Shown in pieces: positions 25,151 to 36,823 of a stretch of DNA of 64,000 nucleotides (positions are counted from its first letter, which is position 1; each line of letters starts with the position of its first letter). A model generated the notes under the pieces. The model did not search any database. It was given only the letters and a program-made list of their open reading frames with translations, and was not told the origin of the DNA. This DNA is from Monocercomonoides exilis PA203. Taxonomy: Eukaryota; Protista; Preaxostyla. A program made the translations under genes and the position numbers. The stretch spans positions 434,001-498,000 of the forward strand of contig LSRY02000039.1 of assembly GCA_001643675.2 (NCBI GenBank). Direction: 5' to 3'.

Positions 25151-27677
25151 CAGTTAGTGACAAAGCCGATCCTTGGTGCGAAACCCGAACCAAAAGAGAG
25201 AGAGAGAGAAAATGCGATCATTTTACGAAGTTGTTTAATATTTCTTCAACAAAAAACAAAATGTATTTAACTATTCGTTGGAACCAGGTATTTGGCAACA
25301 TATTTAGTAATTTTCAAATGAAATAATAAACAAAGAAAATACATTTGGTTTTTGTTTTATTATTGAAATGGTTAGAAAATAATCGATATGAAGCAATTCT
25401 TCAAATAGAAAACTTCTTGTTAGTTCTTCAAAATGGTGTGAAGGCTAGAGTTTTATTCTGCAGTTGAATTTTGAGTTAAATGTTTCTCTAATGCGTTTTT
25501 CTTTTGAATTGAATGAAGGAGAAATTTCTCTGGGAGGGTGATCAAAATCTCTGTTTTCATTTTTTGAAGTTTATTTCACTTCGTTTTCATCGTTTTTAAG
25601 TATTTCAATCATTCTCTTTGCATTTTTTCTCGAAGCCTTTTTTTCCTTTGCAGGTTCTAAATTCATCAATTCATTAAGTTCTTGTCGACTATGTTTATTT
25701 TTTCGTTTCTTTTCAGAAGAAGATGAAGTTGGTTTTCCAATTTTCGCAAGCTGCTTTTGAAGAAAATGCAAATGCTCTTTTGTTGATTCAATTTGTTTCA
25801 TTAGCTCAGATTCATCCACTCATTAGCTTCTTTTGATGTTTTTCATTCAGTGGAATTTTCGTTAGTCGAAAATTTTCTGTGATTAACGATCAATGTTGTC
25901 GGTTCTTTTGTTATTGCAGAATCTTTCACAGATGAATGCTTTGAAGGTTGTGAAGAAGACAATTGTTTGTCGCTTTGAGGAGAATATTTCCCAAACAACT
26001 CTTCTCTCCAATCTCGGGATGAAACAGAAGTTTCAGAATTGCATTTGAGATTCTGTATTGGTGATCCAGAGATGCGTTCCAAAACTGTTGCAGCAGTAAC
26101 AGGCCAAACTCCACTTTTAATGAAAGCTGATTTGATTGTGGAAGGCATTGGTGCTGCAGCTACTGCTTCAGGGAGAGTGTCCGCAAGTGATGCTCTGCAT
26201 GAATGGATTGAAAACGGAGAAGGAATTTGAAACTTGTTATAAAGCGTTGTTTTCAAACGAGAGAAGATGCATGAATCACATGGCTGTAAAAGATGAGTCA
26301 TGTTGGGAGGAAAGAATTTTATTATTATGTTGTGTTCCTCAGCCGATCTTGAAACAGAATCATCTGTATGAGAAATATGATTATCCATCATGAACAGGGC
26401 TTTATGTGAGTGGTTGGCTTAACTTTGGACACGATCCAGGGAATCCAGCTGTTGATCATGATGCTCCTGAAAATCTCTTTTGAAATCCATCCAGATGAGG
26501 AAGGAAGAACTTCAATATCGAAAGATGTATGTTTTGAAAATTCTTCGGGAAAACGTTTTGTCGGCCAAAGAAGAAATTTTCTTGGAGAGGATCCATCCGC
26601 ACATACACATAAGCACAACGTTGAATTTGGCACTTTCGGAGGAGCTGGAGAAGACGGAGGAATTTGATTTTTCAGGCAAACAATTCGTTTGCTTGAATTT
26701 TCATTCAAATTCAATGAGGTTTCATCAAAATTAAATATTCTCGATGAATCAATGTTATTCCTGCAAATAACGTCAGACAATTTTTCAAACCATTGTCTGA
26801 CATTCTCTGGCGATTGAGCAGCAATTTTTGAAATGTCAGTTGGCCTTGAAATTGCAGCATGAATAATTTCACTTCTTTTTAACAACTTGAATGCATATTT
26901 TTCGTTTATTTTTCTTGACTCGTTTTCATCTGTTGAATCCTTTTCGAGAATGTCCACGCACTCATAAAAATGAATAATTAAAAAAGAAAAAGTCAAAAAC
27001 GAATCAAACCATGTTTTGAACGTCATGCACTCTAACAGTTTCCTGTTCCGAGAACTTTTGCAAGAACTTGATTTTCTATTGTTTCGAGCTGTCGTGAATT
27101 AATGGTTAAAGGATGCCCATCAACTCCAACATCCCTTCCTTCCTTTTGTGCTTTGATTCCCCTGAACCAAGCTCCTTTGGATATTAGTTTTTCATTCACC
27201 GCAGTTTACCATTTCAGTGAGTAATCATTTCGAATTGCAAATAATTTTTTCGTTGTTGAAGGAATGGAACGATATTTGCTGGATGCGAGCTCGCGATGAA
27301 GTTGAAGAGGAGAGAGATATGTTTTGTTGCTCATGTTATATGGGTCATGATCAAATAGAAAATTTAGACAAATGCTTTAAGTAAAAACATTTTGCATTTT
27401 TTGATATTAATCATCGTTTTTTGTGTCAATTTCTTTCAATAACTCAAATATGATCTCATATTTTCCTAATATGAGAATTTAAAATGATAATATTCGTTCT
27501 TTTCTATTTCATCAATCATTTCATTGACTTGTGATTTCATAATTGCCAAACATAGATTAATGATGATTATTGTGTTAATTTATCATGTTTTTAATTTTTG
27601 AAATTCGTTGATGAGAATTTATTTTTAGAAATTTTCGATATTAGCATATTTTTAAGGATCGGGTTTCGCACTGACTG
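25151..27677 (-). mobile_element. pogo/Tigger-type (DDE_1, CENP-B-related) DNA transposon, defective
   Basis: TIRs CAGTTAGTGACAAAGCCGATCCTT / CAGTCAGTGCGAAACCCGATCCTT (rc) with TA on both sides; encloses a transposase relic. Confidence 0.85.
25571..27334 (-). pseudogene. pogo-like DDD transposase pseudogene
   Basis: RIFNFDETSL, CVCADGS, SSSGWIS, MDNHISH and FFPPNMTHLLQPCD..IF..LK motifs; frameshift near 26390; stop and frameshift in the 5' part; probable 49-nt intron 27009-26961. Confidence 0.85.
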
Positions 27678-27868
27678 TATTCAAAATCAAAAATTCAACT
27701 GCAAACATAGCATTTTTCAAACTTGCAAACAAATTCAAAAATGTAAAAATCATCAAAACATTAATATTCTTTTGAGACTTTTTTATTGAAGATTATTAAT
27801 TATATGCGTAAGCCCTTAATAAATGATGAAAATTGTATTGTTACAAAATATCAGATTTACTGCTAAAG

Positions 27869-30800
27869 ATGCGACTGATGATTTTATTTTCAATTGTTTT
27901 GGCATGCAATTATACAGAATACACTTATGCGAATAAACAACTTTATGATCGACTGTCTGACGAAGTGGGCGAAAGCGAGAAGATATTTTCTTATCCACAG
28001 GCGCTCAACTGTATTGAAAATTCTCCATTGCGTGAAACACATAGCAATAATTTATTTCAACACATGAATACTTTCCAACCGAGCATCAGGAGCGGAAACA
28101 CTGAGATTGAAGGAAAATACACAAAACACAATTTGCAACATGAACTGAAGGAAAACAAAAGAAATTACCGCACAACCGAATCAGAAATGTCAAGCGATTA
28201 TTGGATGCACTTATATCGAGAATGCTTCAATGAGTTTCCCCAAAGCGAGATTGAGGGATACATTTGCGCTTGGAATTCTTCCATTGAATTGAAAGGGATT
28301 GGGCTGATGGGAGGCGAGTGTGGGAGCGTGGCGTGTGGAAGGAGGAGGAGTGTGGTTGTGGCGAGAGGGTGTGTTGTGGGGATGGGGAAGGACAATGAAG
28401 CAGGGACATTTGATCTGAGTGGGAGCATTGGGGTGTTGACAAACATCACATTGAAAGGGTGGAGAAGAGGGGGAGAGATCATTTCAGGCAGGCTGTTTGG
28501 AGGGAATGGATATGGAGGGGAGAAGGGTGGATGCGAAAAAAAGGGAGGAGGAGGAGGAGGAGGAGGAGGAGAAGGCGTTGAAGGGAGTATTTCAGTGAGC
28601 GAATCACACTTCTCTTCTTTTAGCGTCTCATCAGCTCCATTCCTCTCATCACCGTCCATTCCCGTTGTGTCCCTCTCTCATTTGATATTTTTCAATATTT
28701 CAACAGGAAATGATGCATGTCCATCTCCAACAACTACGTCAACACAAGCCACATATTTTATGAGCAGTTGCTCATTTTCATCCGTTTGCGATGCATATAA
28801 TGGCGGGATTGTTCCTTCCCTCAACAATCCCTTGGTCTCCTTAACAGCCTCAAATGCCTCATTCGTTGGGTGTTGTCGGACAAGAAATGTTGAATGTGAA
28901 GGAACTTCAGATAATAAGAAACATCCAGAGAGACAGAGCATAACAGAAAATATAGCAAATTCATTAATTTGGTGCGAATGGAATGGATCGAAAGCAACAG
29001 GAACAAGTGATTCTCTTTCGGATGGAGTGTCAAGTGGCGGGGCAATTTGCATGCATAATCTCAATTCTGGAGAACTTTCAGTTTCTCATTGTGTGTTTAA
29101 TAATTGTTTTGCATACAGCAGTGGAGGTGGAATCATGTGCCGTTCTATTAAGTTTGTTTGTATCGAAAATAGTATATTTAATTTCTGTATAGCTCAAAAC
29201 CATTGCGGAGGAGGATTTTACGTTGTAATGATTTCAACATGTGTTCGGATCAGCGGATGTGAATTCCAGAAATGCAAAGCCGTTTATGATGGAGGAGGAT
29301 TTTGTCTTGAATCTTTTCAGGTTTTGGGAACAGATTGCATTCCAACAGAAAATGGAGGAGGGGAAAGTGCGTGTGTATTTGACTGCAGTTTCACTTTGTG
29401 CTCTGTTGTAAATGCTAATGGTGGAGGCATTAGTTTATATAATGTTCCATTCCAATTCAAAATGAGGAATTTTCAGTTTATTTCATGCAATGCATCGTCA
29501 AATGGGGGAGGATTGAGTGCGGATCCACGGATGACAACAGCTCCAAAAGATGGACATTATTTTTATTTCTTATTTTTTCATGAATGCAAATGCTTGGCCA
29601 ATGTTCCATATGGCCATGACATAATCTATGCAGATTATTACAATGTCTTTTTAAATTCAGGCAATCCGTTCAATGAATGTTACACCACTAATACAGATGA
29701 AAAGAGAGTGTGCTATGGATATAATGTGTCGAATTCTGGGAGTTGGGCATATCAGCACACAGAAAAGAAAGATTGGCTGAAGGACAAGGCAATTTATGTT
29801 TCTGTGAGTGGAAATGACATGAATGAGTTGTGTGGGGCAAATGAGTCAAATCCGTGCAAAACGGTGAAGAAGGCGTTTGAGATGTGTGAGGTGGAGATAA
29901 GCTTGTCAATCACGCTGATGGAAGGAGATCATCAAAGTGAGACGACAACAGTTGAGATTGGAACAAAAAAGATTTCAGTCATTGGGAAGGGAAGGGAAAC
30001 ATGTTCGATTAGAACTGGAGCACTTTCATCAAGTGGACCGCTGTTCAGCGTGTCAACAGGTCATCTTGGTTTATTGCACATGAAGGTTGATTGCTACTCA
30101 AATGAAAATCCTTCTTCTCCGAGCGTGGTTGTGATATCCGATGGGAGTGGGTCACTCTCGTTGGAGGATGTTGTGATAACCACGAGAAATACAGGAGACT
30201 ATGTGATGTCGTCATCAGTGTTTGTTGCGCCGCTGTCGCAGCTGTCGATGGTTGATGTGGAGATCAAAGATATGAATATTTCTCAATCATTGTTCTCTGA
30301 GTCGGATATATCTTCTTCTTTATTGTCTTCATCTACACTGTTTTTGACAGCCACAACATCAGAAGAGAGTATGCTTGCAAATGTGACAGTTCAGGATGTG
30401 AAGCTGACGAGGGGAGATGGGGTGGTTGTGGCAAAGAGTGTGAAGGAAGGAGAGACATTCGTTGTTCGGAATTTGACAGTCGAAGATTGCCAGTGCATTA
30501 ATGGAAGTGGTGGTGGGATCAAGGTTGAATTGGAAACTGATACGAGCAAGCTTCAGGTTGATTCAACAACAATCAACAGATGCAAGTGCAGCGGATATGG
30601 AGGAGGGATGATGCTGTATCTGGCTGATGGCTCACATGACTTCTCAATAAAATCCGTTGGTTTTTCAGGTTGCACAGCTTTATTGCGTGGGAATTATCTG
30701 TTTGTGAATGGGAGCAATTCAGCGAGATGGGGAATAACAACAGAAAAGCTGAATGTCCAGCATGACGATTCAAAATACAATGAGCTGGCGGGATATGATC

Positions 30801-33800
30801 GGAGTGACACAACAATGGGGCTATTCCCACTGAATGTGTATTTGGACGGATATCCAGATGCAGCACATGTGGGGAAGGCGAAGGATGGGCTGGGCGGATA
30901 CGACTCGTGGTTCTGTGGGTTTGACTATTATCCGTGTGCCACCATCACCCATGCGGCGCAGGTGAGATATGCAGACACAAACAAGAAGATCGAATTGGAT
31001 TCAGGATATGAGCTTGCTGAAGAGGTTGGAATGACAGATGGCAATGAATGGGAGATTTCATGTGCCACAAAAGGGATGGAAGTGGGAGTGAAAGCACCAG
31101 AGAATTTTGAGTCATCTTGTCTGATTGAGGTTCAGAGCAAAAGCTCAATGAAAAACATCAAGTTCTGTATTCCAAGTCTTCTGTCTGGTGTATCATCTCT
31201 GATTTCATCCAACTCCACACTCCTCACACTCACTGACTGCTCAGTTGCGCATTTGTCAGAGAATGCTGTGAGCAGCTCGATCGGATACTCCTTTGCGAAG
31301 GTGGAGAGAGGGAGTCTGAGGTTGGTGCGATTTGAAGTCAAAGAAACATTGCAATTCGGGGAGCACTCGCTGATCGAGTTTGTCGAAGGTGTGGATTCAG
31401 CTGTATTTTCTAGATGCAATGTTAACAACATTGAAAAAAGAAATGGAGACGGAGGATGGATGAATGGAGTGATTGGTGCAGAAAGAGATGAGGGGAAGAA
31501 TGGGATAATTGTGATTGAATCATGCTACATCAAGAACTGTAAATGTTGGAGAAAAAACGGAAAAGACGGAAAAGGAGGAGGAATTTGTGTAAAAATAAAT
31601 GGAGAAGGAGGTGTAATTGTGAATGGAACGAGTGTGATTGATGGTTGCGAGGCAACGAGTTTGGATGGAAGTGGTGGAAGAGGAGGAGGAATGATGATTG
31701 AGATGAGAAGCACGCTCAGCACACTGAAAATTGAATCTGGCGTTCACTTTTCGGTTGATGCAACCAATAGAGCAAAATATGGGAAGGATGTATTTGTTTG
31801 CTGTGGTTTGGGATTTTTGTTGAATACAAAAATAAATGCAACTTCATTTGCCTTCATCAAATCTACTGATCAAATATCAAATAATTCGCAAGTGGTTTTG
31901 AAATTGTGTGGGAGTGAGAATGGGAATGAAGATGAAGTGGTTCCATTATTTGTTTATTTGCGCTCAATTGAGTCGAAATTAAATGTTGATGGAAGGGGAG
32001 AAATTTCATTGGATCATAGCTCTTGTGGATTCGAGAAGTTTGGGTGCCTGACAATTGATTATTGTTTGAGCAATAGAGCGAACAGTAATGTGAATGAAAT
32101 CGAAGTTGCCTCAGAATCATGGATAAAGAATGAAATGAAAGTGGTTTCATTTGAGGTGAGTGTTTCAGGGAAAGAAGAAGGGATGAGGGTATTGGTGAAG
32201 GATGAAGGATCATTAAGCCAAAATAATCTTATTGAGTGCACAAAATCATTTGAAATTATAAATTTGGCATTTATAATGAACAAAGTTATTAATGGAAGGA
32301 GGAATGCATTTATCCATTCCTCGTCAACAGTCACAATTACCAGCTGTTCATTCTCGTTTGAAAATAATGCATTAACTGAAGAAAAGATTGGATACAACAT
32401 ACTGAATATTGAGGGAGGAAATCTGATTGTCGATGGACTTGTGATGTCAAAAACAGTGACAATGAACGGAAAATCACCAATTGTTATCATAAATGGAGCG
32501 AAATTGGATATGAAGAACAGCAGAGTGAGCGGAGTGACAGTGGAAGGTAGAAGTGGAAAAGGAGGATGCATTGGTACTGAGATAAAAAAAGGAGGTAGCG
32601 CGATTGTGAATAACTGCAGTTTTTCATCAACATGCACAGGTGGAGGTGGGACGAAAGGAGGAGGGATGATGATTTCAGTTGAGTGTGGAGGAAGTTTGGA
32701 GATTAAAAGCGTAACATTCACAGGATGCCAGGTGCCAACAGAGGACAGCTTGCAGAAAGGAAGGGGAATTGGAGGAGGGATGTTTGTGAGTTTGGATGAG
32801 ATGATTGAATCATTTTCGTTGGGGAGCGTGATATTTGAAAGATGCAATGCTTGGAAAGGAAAGAAAACATTTGTTTCAGGATGGGATTTGAGTGAGATTG
32901 TGAAGAAGGAGCACTTGAAATGGGAGATGAGTCCAGAGGAGTTGGAGTCATTGGATGAATTGTGTGGATGGGAGAGGAAGACAACAGGAGAGGAGGGATA
33001 TGTGATCCCATTGGTTGTGTATTTGTGGAGTAATTGGAGTGGGGATGGGTTTGTATCAGTTGAGAAAGGAGGAGATTTCAGTGGGTGTGGGTTTTCTGAG
33101 GCTCCATGTTTATCGATTGACCACTTGATATCACTTCGATGCCCAACACTTGGAGAAGGGGAAACACACATCAGCATTGTGGGATCAGGGCTGTTGAGCC
33201 ATTCCATTTCATTTTCTTTTATTTCATCATCAATTTCAGGGTCACAAAAAGTGGTGATTGAAGGGACAAAGAAAGGGACAGGGGTGACGATCAGTGATGA
33301 AGATGAGAATGAATTGGATGATGGTTCAATGATATCCTCGAATGTGAGTCTGTCATTTGTGAATGTTTCATTCACAAAACCCAGCATCACCACCCATCAT
33401 GAAGTATTTATTGAATCCTCAGGAACAAGTTCATTATTGTCGGTTGCTGATTGTTCATTTGGTTCATTGACAGGATTGACAGAGACAGCAGGATATTGCC
33501 TGATGAGAGTGAATGGAGGGAGTGTTGTGATTGAAAGGAGTTCATTAAGCTTGATCTCTGAGTTGAAAGGATTCATCTGTTTCAGCTCAAGTGCAGCTGA
33601 GGTGACTCTTCAAAATGTGAACATTTCATTTGCTTCTGTGAAGGAGAAAAGCTTGATTTCGATGATAGACGAGAATCAAATGGATGGAAAAGGAAATTCT
33701 CATTCAAATGGCAACAAACCTGTTTTGAGGGTTGTTGGGTGTTCATTTGCGAACATCACAAACGAAGGGATTGGAGCGAGTGTTGTTGATGTGGGTTCTT

Positions 33801-36800
33801 TTGATTACGCAGTTGAATACATATTAGATGAGTGCACAATGACGAGTTGCAAGAGCGCTTTGGGCACTGAAGGGGGAGGAATGAAAGTGGCGCTGAAGAG
33901 CGAAGAAACAGTTTTTAAAATCAATGATAGCTCTTTTTCGATGTGCAAGTGCTCGAGTGAGACAGGGTGTGGAGGAGGGCTGTATATTGATGGATATGAA
34001 CCAAGTGCCAATTATGGTGATGACACTCAAATTCCGCCTCTGAATTTCAAGATTGTGAACATTCTGTTTTATATGAATGAGGCACATGTGGGGAAAAACA
34101 TTTTCATCAGATGTTTCTCGATTGAGCACCAAATTAACGAAACACTGTTTGCCCTGAACTACAACCAAGAGTCACTGAACTCGAACAACTCGATCTGTGG
34201 GAGGGATGTTGAGAGCGAAGGAGATGTTGATTTGATTCCGCTGATCACATACTATTATGGACTTCAAGTGTTTGTGAATGGAACGGGAAGTGATGGCAGG
34301 CGATGCGGGGCACAGGCCAATCCTTGTTCCAGCATCAATTGTGGGGTTGACCACATTGAGCAAGGTGTGATGAATGCGATTTTGATTGATGGGGAAGGAG
34401 CTGTGACAAAGGAATGTGTGATTGGAGACCTGGTTGTGAACTCATTCAAAAAGACACAGGCGATTGTGAGGTTGAACTGCAAGATTGAGAAATCATTTGA
34501 GAAGGATTGCATCATGGAGTTTATAAACGAAAGCGCTGTGGAGAGGTGCTCATTCCAGCTTGAAGATGGAATTGAATTCACTCACAATTATCTCATGAAA
34601 GTGAAGAATGGAACAACAAAAACACAAGAATGTGAATTCTCCTCTGCAGATGTGGTGAAACTGAACAGTTCAATTGTTAGTGTGGAAAGTGGAGAGCTGA
34701 AGATATTTGAAACTTCATTCAAGGATTTATTTTCAAAAACATTTGTGCTTTTCTTTAATAAAGAATCAGATGTGACAATTGATGAAACAAGAATATCGAA
34801 TATCAGATGTGAGGGAGATACTGTGAGTGTTGGAGGGAAAGCGAAAGTGGAGATGAAAGAGATGGTGGCTGAGAATGTGACTCTGTTGTCAAATGGGTGT
34901 GTAATTGGGATGGATGATGCTGAGAAAGAGGTGAGTGTGTTGAACTGCTCGTTAGAAAAATGTGTGAATTCGGTGGAAAAGGGAAGAATGATGCAGATAA
35001 GACAATCCAAGGATGTGAGGATTGAGGCATGTGTATTTGATGGAGAAAAAGATGAAGAGATGATCAATGAAGGAAACGAGACAAAAGAAGGATTATGCAA
35101 ATGGAATGGGTCATTAGTTGGTGTTGAGAAGAGCAATGTGGAGATGAGGGAAACAACGATTATGAAGAGCAAGGAAGGTGGATTGTGGGTGAGTGGAGGG
35201 AGTGTGAAGATTGAGAAAGGAAAATTTGAGAACAACAACCCATCGATTGAGGGATATCCATCAGCCAGAAGGAATGCGATTTGTGAAGGGAATGGTGAAT
35301 TGGATGTTGTGAGTGTGAAAGGGGGAGATGGAATGTTGCCAAACACATCGTTGTGGATATTGGACGAAGGATGCAAATTGGGAGGGATAGCTTCAGAAAG
35401 AGGATCATCATATTTCATCCCGGTTCTGGAAGAAGTCAAGAATTCAACTCAGCCAAACGGAGAGATGGAATTGGTCATCCTTGGGAAACTGCTTCTTCCG
35501 TGTGGTTTAACACTGAGATTAAACATGAAAGAAGGGGTTTTTGAACTTCCATATACGAGCACCATTGAAGAAGGTGGGTACATATCAGAGAACGAGGTGC
35601 ATTCAATGATTTCATCGGAATTACTGAAAGTGATGGAGAACAAATCAGAAGTGAGTGTGTGCGTTGTGTTTGGAAAGGATAAAATGTCTTCTTCGAATGG
35701 AATTATGGTGATGAATAAGAGTGAATCTGAATCAAAGAGAGATGACAATATCGATGAAGAAGAAGAAAATGAAAATGAAGGAGGAACCAACAACGAATGG
35801 AGCTTAATCGTGATTGTTATTATGGCCCTGCTGCTTTTGTTATTAATATTTATTATTATAATTATCGCTATAATTCATCGAAAAAAACTGAGTGAAATGC
35901 TTCAGAAAATAGAGGAAATGGGATATAAAGAAGGAGCAATAATAAATAAGGCAGAAAGGAGAAAAGAAAAGAGCGGAGAAACATTTGAGATGAGCAGCAT
36001 GCCTTCATCTTTGCTGGAGGGGATGACAAGTCAAATGCCATTATTGATAGATGATGAAGAAGAATTGAGTGAATCACAAACAACAAATGATGATGATGAC
36101 TCTCCAAATGAAAATGATTTGTTGGCTTTTGGTTTTCCTTCACCAGCATTAGGAGATGTTTCTGTTTCTGGGGTGGAACAATCGCATTTCTTCAAAGTTT
36201 TATCTGCAAAAAAGCCATTTCAAGAGAAGGTCAAGAACCTTAAAACGTTACACTCAGTGATTCATTGCGTTCTAGGGGGATTCTCATTGGGAGCAGATGC
36301 GATGGATGTTGTTAATGAGAAGGAAGTAGTTTTTGAAGTTGCAGATCTGTTTGAGAACTTAATATCAGTTGGAGACGAAAGGGTGAAAATGATGGGGAGA
36401 CAGCTTTGCCCGTTTACGATCTTTGTTGAAGGAAAAGGAAAAGGAAAAGGAAACGAAGTGTATGTTTTAACAGAAGAATTAAAAGGTGAGAAGCTGAAGG
36501 AAGAAATGAAGCGGTGGCAGGCGCCTGAACTGAGAAATGATTATGTGGAAACAGAAGATAAGGGAATTGAACAGGGTGTTGTGTATGTGCTTGGACTGAT
36601 TCTATATGAAATGATAACAGGGGAAGTGCCCTTGAACGAATGCAAAGCAGAAAAAGCTCAGGAGATGATGAAGGCTGGGGTGCGACCTATGACTGAAGGA
36701 ATTGAGGGGGAAGAATTGGTTGAGCTAATGGAAATGATGTGGGGGAATGAGCCAAACGACAGACCCACTCTGAAGGAAGTGAAGAAATCAATAAAGAAAA

Positions 36801-36823
36801 TTATGAATGATCAGGTTGAGTGA
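27869..36823 (+). CDS. Giant type-I membrane receptor-like protein (~2,984 aa): signal peptide, beta-helix/Pmp-like GG-repeat ectodomain with repeated Cys modules, TM helix, degenerate kinase-like C-lobe
   Basis: Intronless ORF; MRLMILFSIVLAC signal; many F..C......GGG[I/M/F] repeats; five V..G.D...CG....[PG]C..[IV] modules; TM WSLIVIVIMALLLLLLIFIIIIIAII (~35798-35875); C-terminal RWQAPEL, VYVLGLILYEMITGEVPL and RPTLKEV kinase subdomains VIII-XI. Confidence 0.9.
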   Translation: MRLMILFSIVLACNYTEYTYANKQLYDRLSDEVGESEKIFSYPQALNCIENSPLRETHSNNLFQHMNTFQPSIRSGNTEIEGKYTKHNLQHELKENKRNYRTTESEMSSDYWMHLYRECFNEFPQSEIEGYICAWNSSIELKGIGLMGGECGSVACGRRRSVVVARGCVVGMGKDNEAGTFDLSGSIGVLTNITLKGWRRGGEIISGRLFGGNGYGGEKGGCEKKGGGGGGGGGEGVEGSISVSESHFSSFSVSSAPFLSSPSIPVVSLSHLIFFNISTGNDACPSPTTTSTQATYFMSSCSFSSVCDAYNGGIVPSLNNPLVSLTASNASFVGCCRTRNVECEGTSDNKKHPERQSITENIANSLIWCEWNGSKATGTSDSLSDGVSSGGAICMHNLNSGELSVSHCVFNNCFAYSSGGGIMCRSIKFVCIENSIFNFCIAQNHCGGGFYVVMISTCVRISGCEFQKCKAVYDGGGFCLESFQVLGTDCIPTENGGGESACVFDCSFTLCSVVNANGGGISLYNVPFQFKMRNFQFISCNASSNGGGLSADPRMTTAPKDGHYFYFLFFHECKCLANVPYGHDIIYADYYNVFLNSGNPFNECYTTNTDEKRVCYGYNVSNSGSWAYQHTEKKDWLKDKAIYVSVSGNDMNELCGANESNPCKTVKKAFEMCEVEISLSITLMEGDHQSETTTVEIGTKKISVIGKGRETCSIRTGALSSSGPLFSVSTGHLGLLHMKVDCYSNENPSSPSVVVISDGSGSLSLEDVVITTRNTGDYVMSSSVFVAPLSQLSMVDVEIKDMNISQSLFSESDISSSLLSSSTLFLTATTSEESMLANVTVQDVKLTRGDGVVVAKSVKEGETFVVRNLTVEDCQCINGSGGGIKVELETDTSKLQVDSTTINRCKCSGYGGGMMLYLADGSHDFSIKSVGFSGCTALLRGNYLFVNGSNSARWGITTEKLNVQHDDSKYNELAGYDRSDTTMGLFPLNVYLDGYPDAAHVGKAKDGLGGYDSWFCGFDYYPCATITHAAQVRYADTNKKIELDSGYELAEEVGMTDGNEWEISCATKGMEVGVKAPENFESSCLIEVQSKSSMKNIKFCIPSLLSGVSSLISSNSTLLTLTDCSVAHLSENAVSSSIGYSFAKVERGSLRLVRFEVKETLQFGEHSLIEFVEGVDSAVFSRCNVNNIEKRNGDGGWMNGVIGAERDEGKNGIIVIESCYIKNCKCWRKNGKDGKGGGICVKINGEGGVIVNGTSVIDGCEATSLDGSGGRGGGMMIEMRSTLSTLKIESGVHFSVDATNRAKYGKDVFVCCGLGFLLNTKINATSFAFIKSTDQISNNSQVVLKLCGSENGNEDEVVPLFVYLRSIESKLNVDGRGEISLDHSSCGFEKFGCLTIDYCLSNRANSNVNEIEVASESWIKNEMKVVSFEVSVSGKEEGMRVLVKDEGSLSQNNLIECTKSFEIINLAFIMNKVINGRRNAFIHSSSTVTITSCSFSFENNALTEEKIGYNILNIEGGNLIVDGLVMSKTVTMNGKSPIVIINGAKLDMKNSRVSGVTVEGRSGKGGCIGTEIKKGGSAIVNNCSFSSTCTGGGGTKGGGMMISVECGGSLEIKSVTFTGCQVPTEDSLQKGRGIGGGMFVSLDEMIESFSLGSVIFERCNAWKGKKTFVSGWDLSEIVKKEHLKWEMSPEELESLDELCGWERKTTGEEGYVIPLVVYLWSNWSGDGFVSVEKGGDFSGCGFSEAPCLSIDHLISLRCPTLGEGETHISIVGSGLLSHSISFSFISSSISGSQKVVIEGTKKGTGVTISDEDENELDDGSMISSNVSLSFVNVSFTKPSITTHHEVFIESSGTSSLLSVADCSFGSLTGLTETAGYCLMRVNGGSVVIERSSLSLISELKGFICFSSSAAEVTLQNVNISFASVKEKSLISMIDENQMDGKGNSHSNGNKPVLRVVGCSFANITNEGIGASVVDVGSFDYAVEYILDECTMTSCKSALGTEGGGMKVALKSEETVFKINDSSFSMCKCSSETGCGGGLYIDGYEPSANYGDDTQIPPLNFKIVNILFYMNEAHVGKNIFIRCFSIEHQINETLFALNYNQESLNSNNSICGRDVESEGDVDLIPLITYYYGLQVFVNGTGSDGRRCGAQANPCSSINCGVDHIEQGVMNAILIDGEGAVTKECVIGDLVVNSFKKTQAIVRLNCKIEKSFEKDCIMEFINESAVERCSFQLEDGIEFTHNYLMKVKNGTTKTQECEFSSADVVKLNSSIVSVESGELKIFETSFKDLFSKTFVLFFNKESDVTIDETRISNIRCEGDTVSVGGKAKVEMKEMVAENVTLLSNGCVIGMDDAEKEVSVLNCSLEKCVNSVEKGRMMQIRQSKDVRIEACVFDGEKDEEMINEGNETKEGLCKWNGSLVGVEKSNVEMRETTIMKSKEGGLWVSGGSVKIEKGKFENNNPSIEGYPSARRNAICEGNGELDVVSVKGGDGMLPNTSLWILDEGCKLGGIASERGSSYFIPVLEEVKNSTQPNGEMELVILGKLLLPCGLTLRLNMKEGVFELPYTSTIEEGGYISENEVHSMISSELLKVMENKSEVSVCVVFGKDKMSSSNGIMVMNKSESESKRDDNIDEEEENENEGGTNNEWSLIVIVIMALLLLLLIFIIIIIAIIHRKKLSEMLQKIEEMGYKEGAIINKAERRKEKSGETFEMSSMPSSLLEGMTSQMPLLIDDEEELSESQTTNDDDDSPNENDLLAFGFPSPALGDVSVSGVEQSHFFKVLSAKKPFQEKVKNLKTLHSVIHCVLGGFSLGADAMDVVNEKEVVFEVADLFENLISVGDERVKMMGRQLCPFTIFVEGKGKGKGNEVYVLTEELKGEKLKEEMKRWQAPELRNDYVETEDKGIEQGVVYVLGLILYEMITGEVPLNECKAEKAQEMMKAGVRPMTEGIEGEELVELMEMMWGNEPNDRPTLKEVKKSIKKIMNDQVE

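Noticed and set aside
28198-36149. Long minus-strand ORFs (e.g. 32059-33393, 34588-35439; also 58413-59462)
   Set aside because: Antisense shadows of the giant receptor reading frame.
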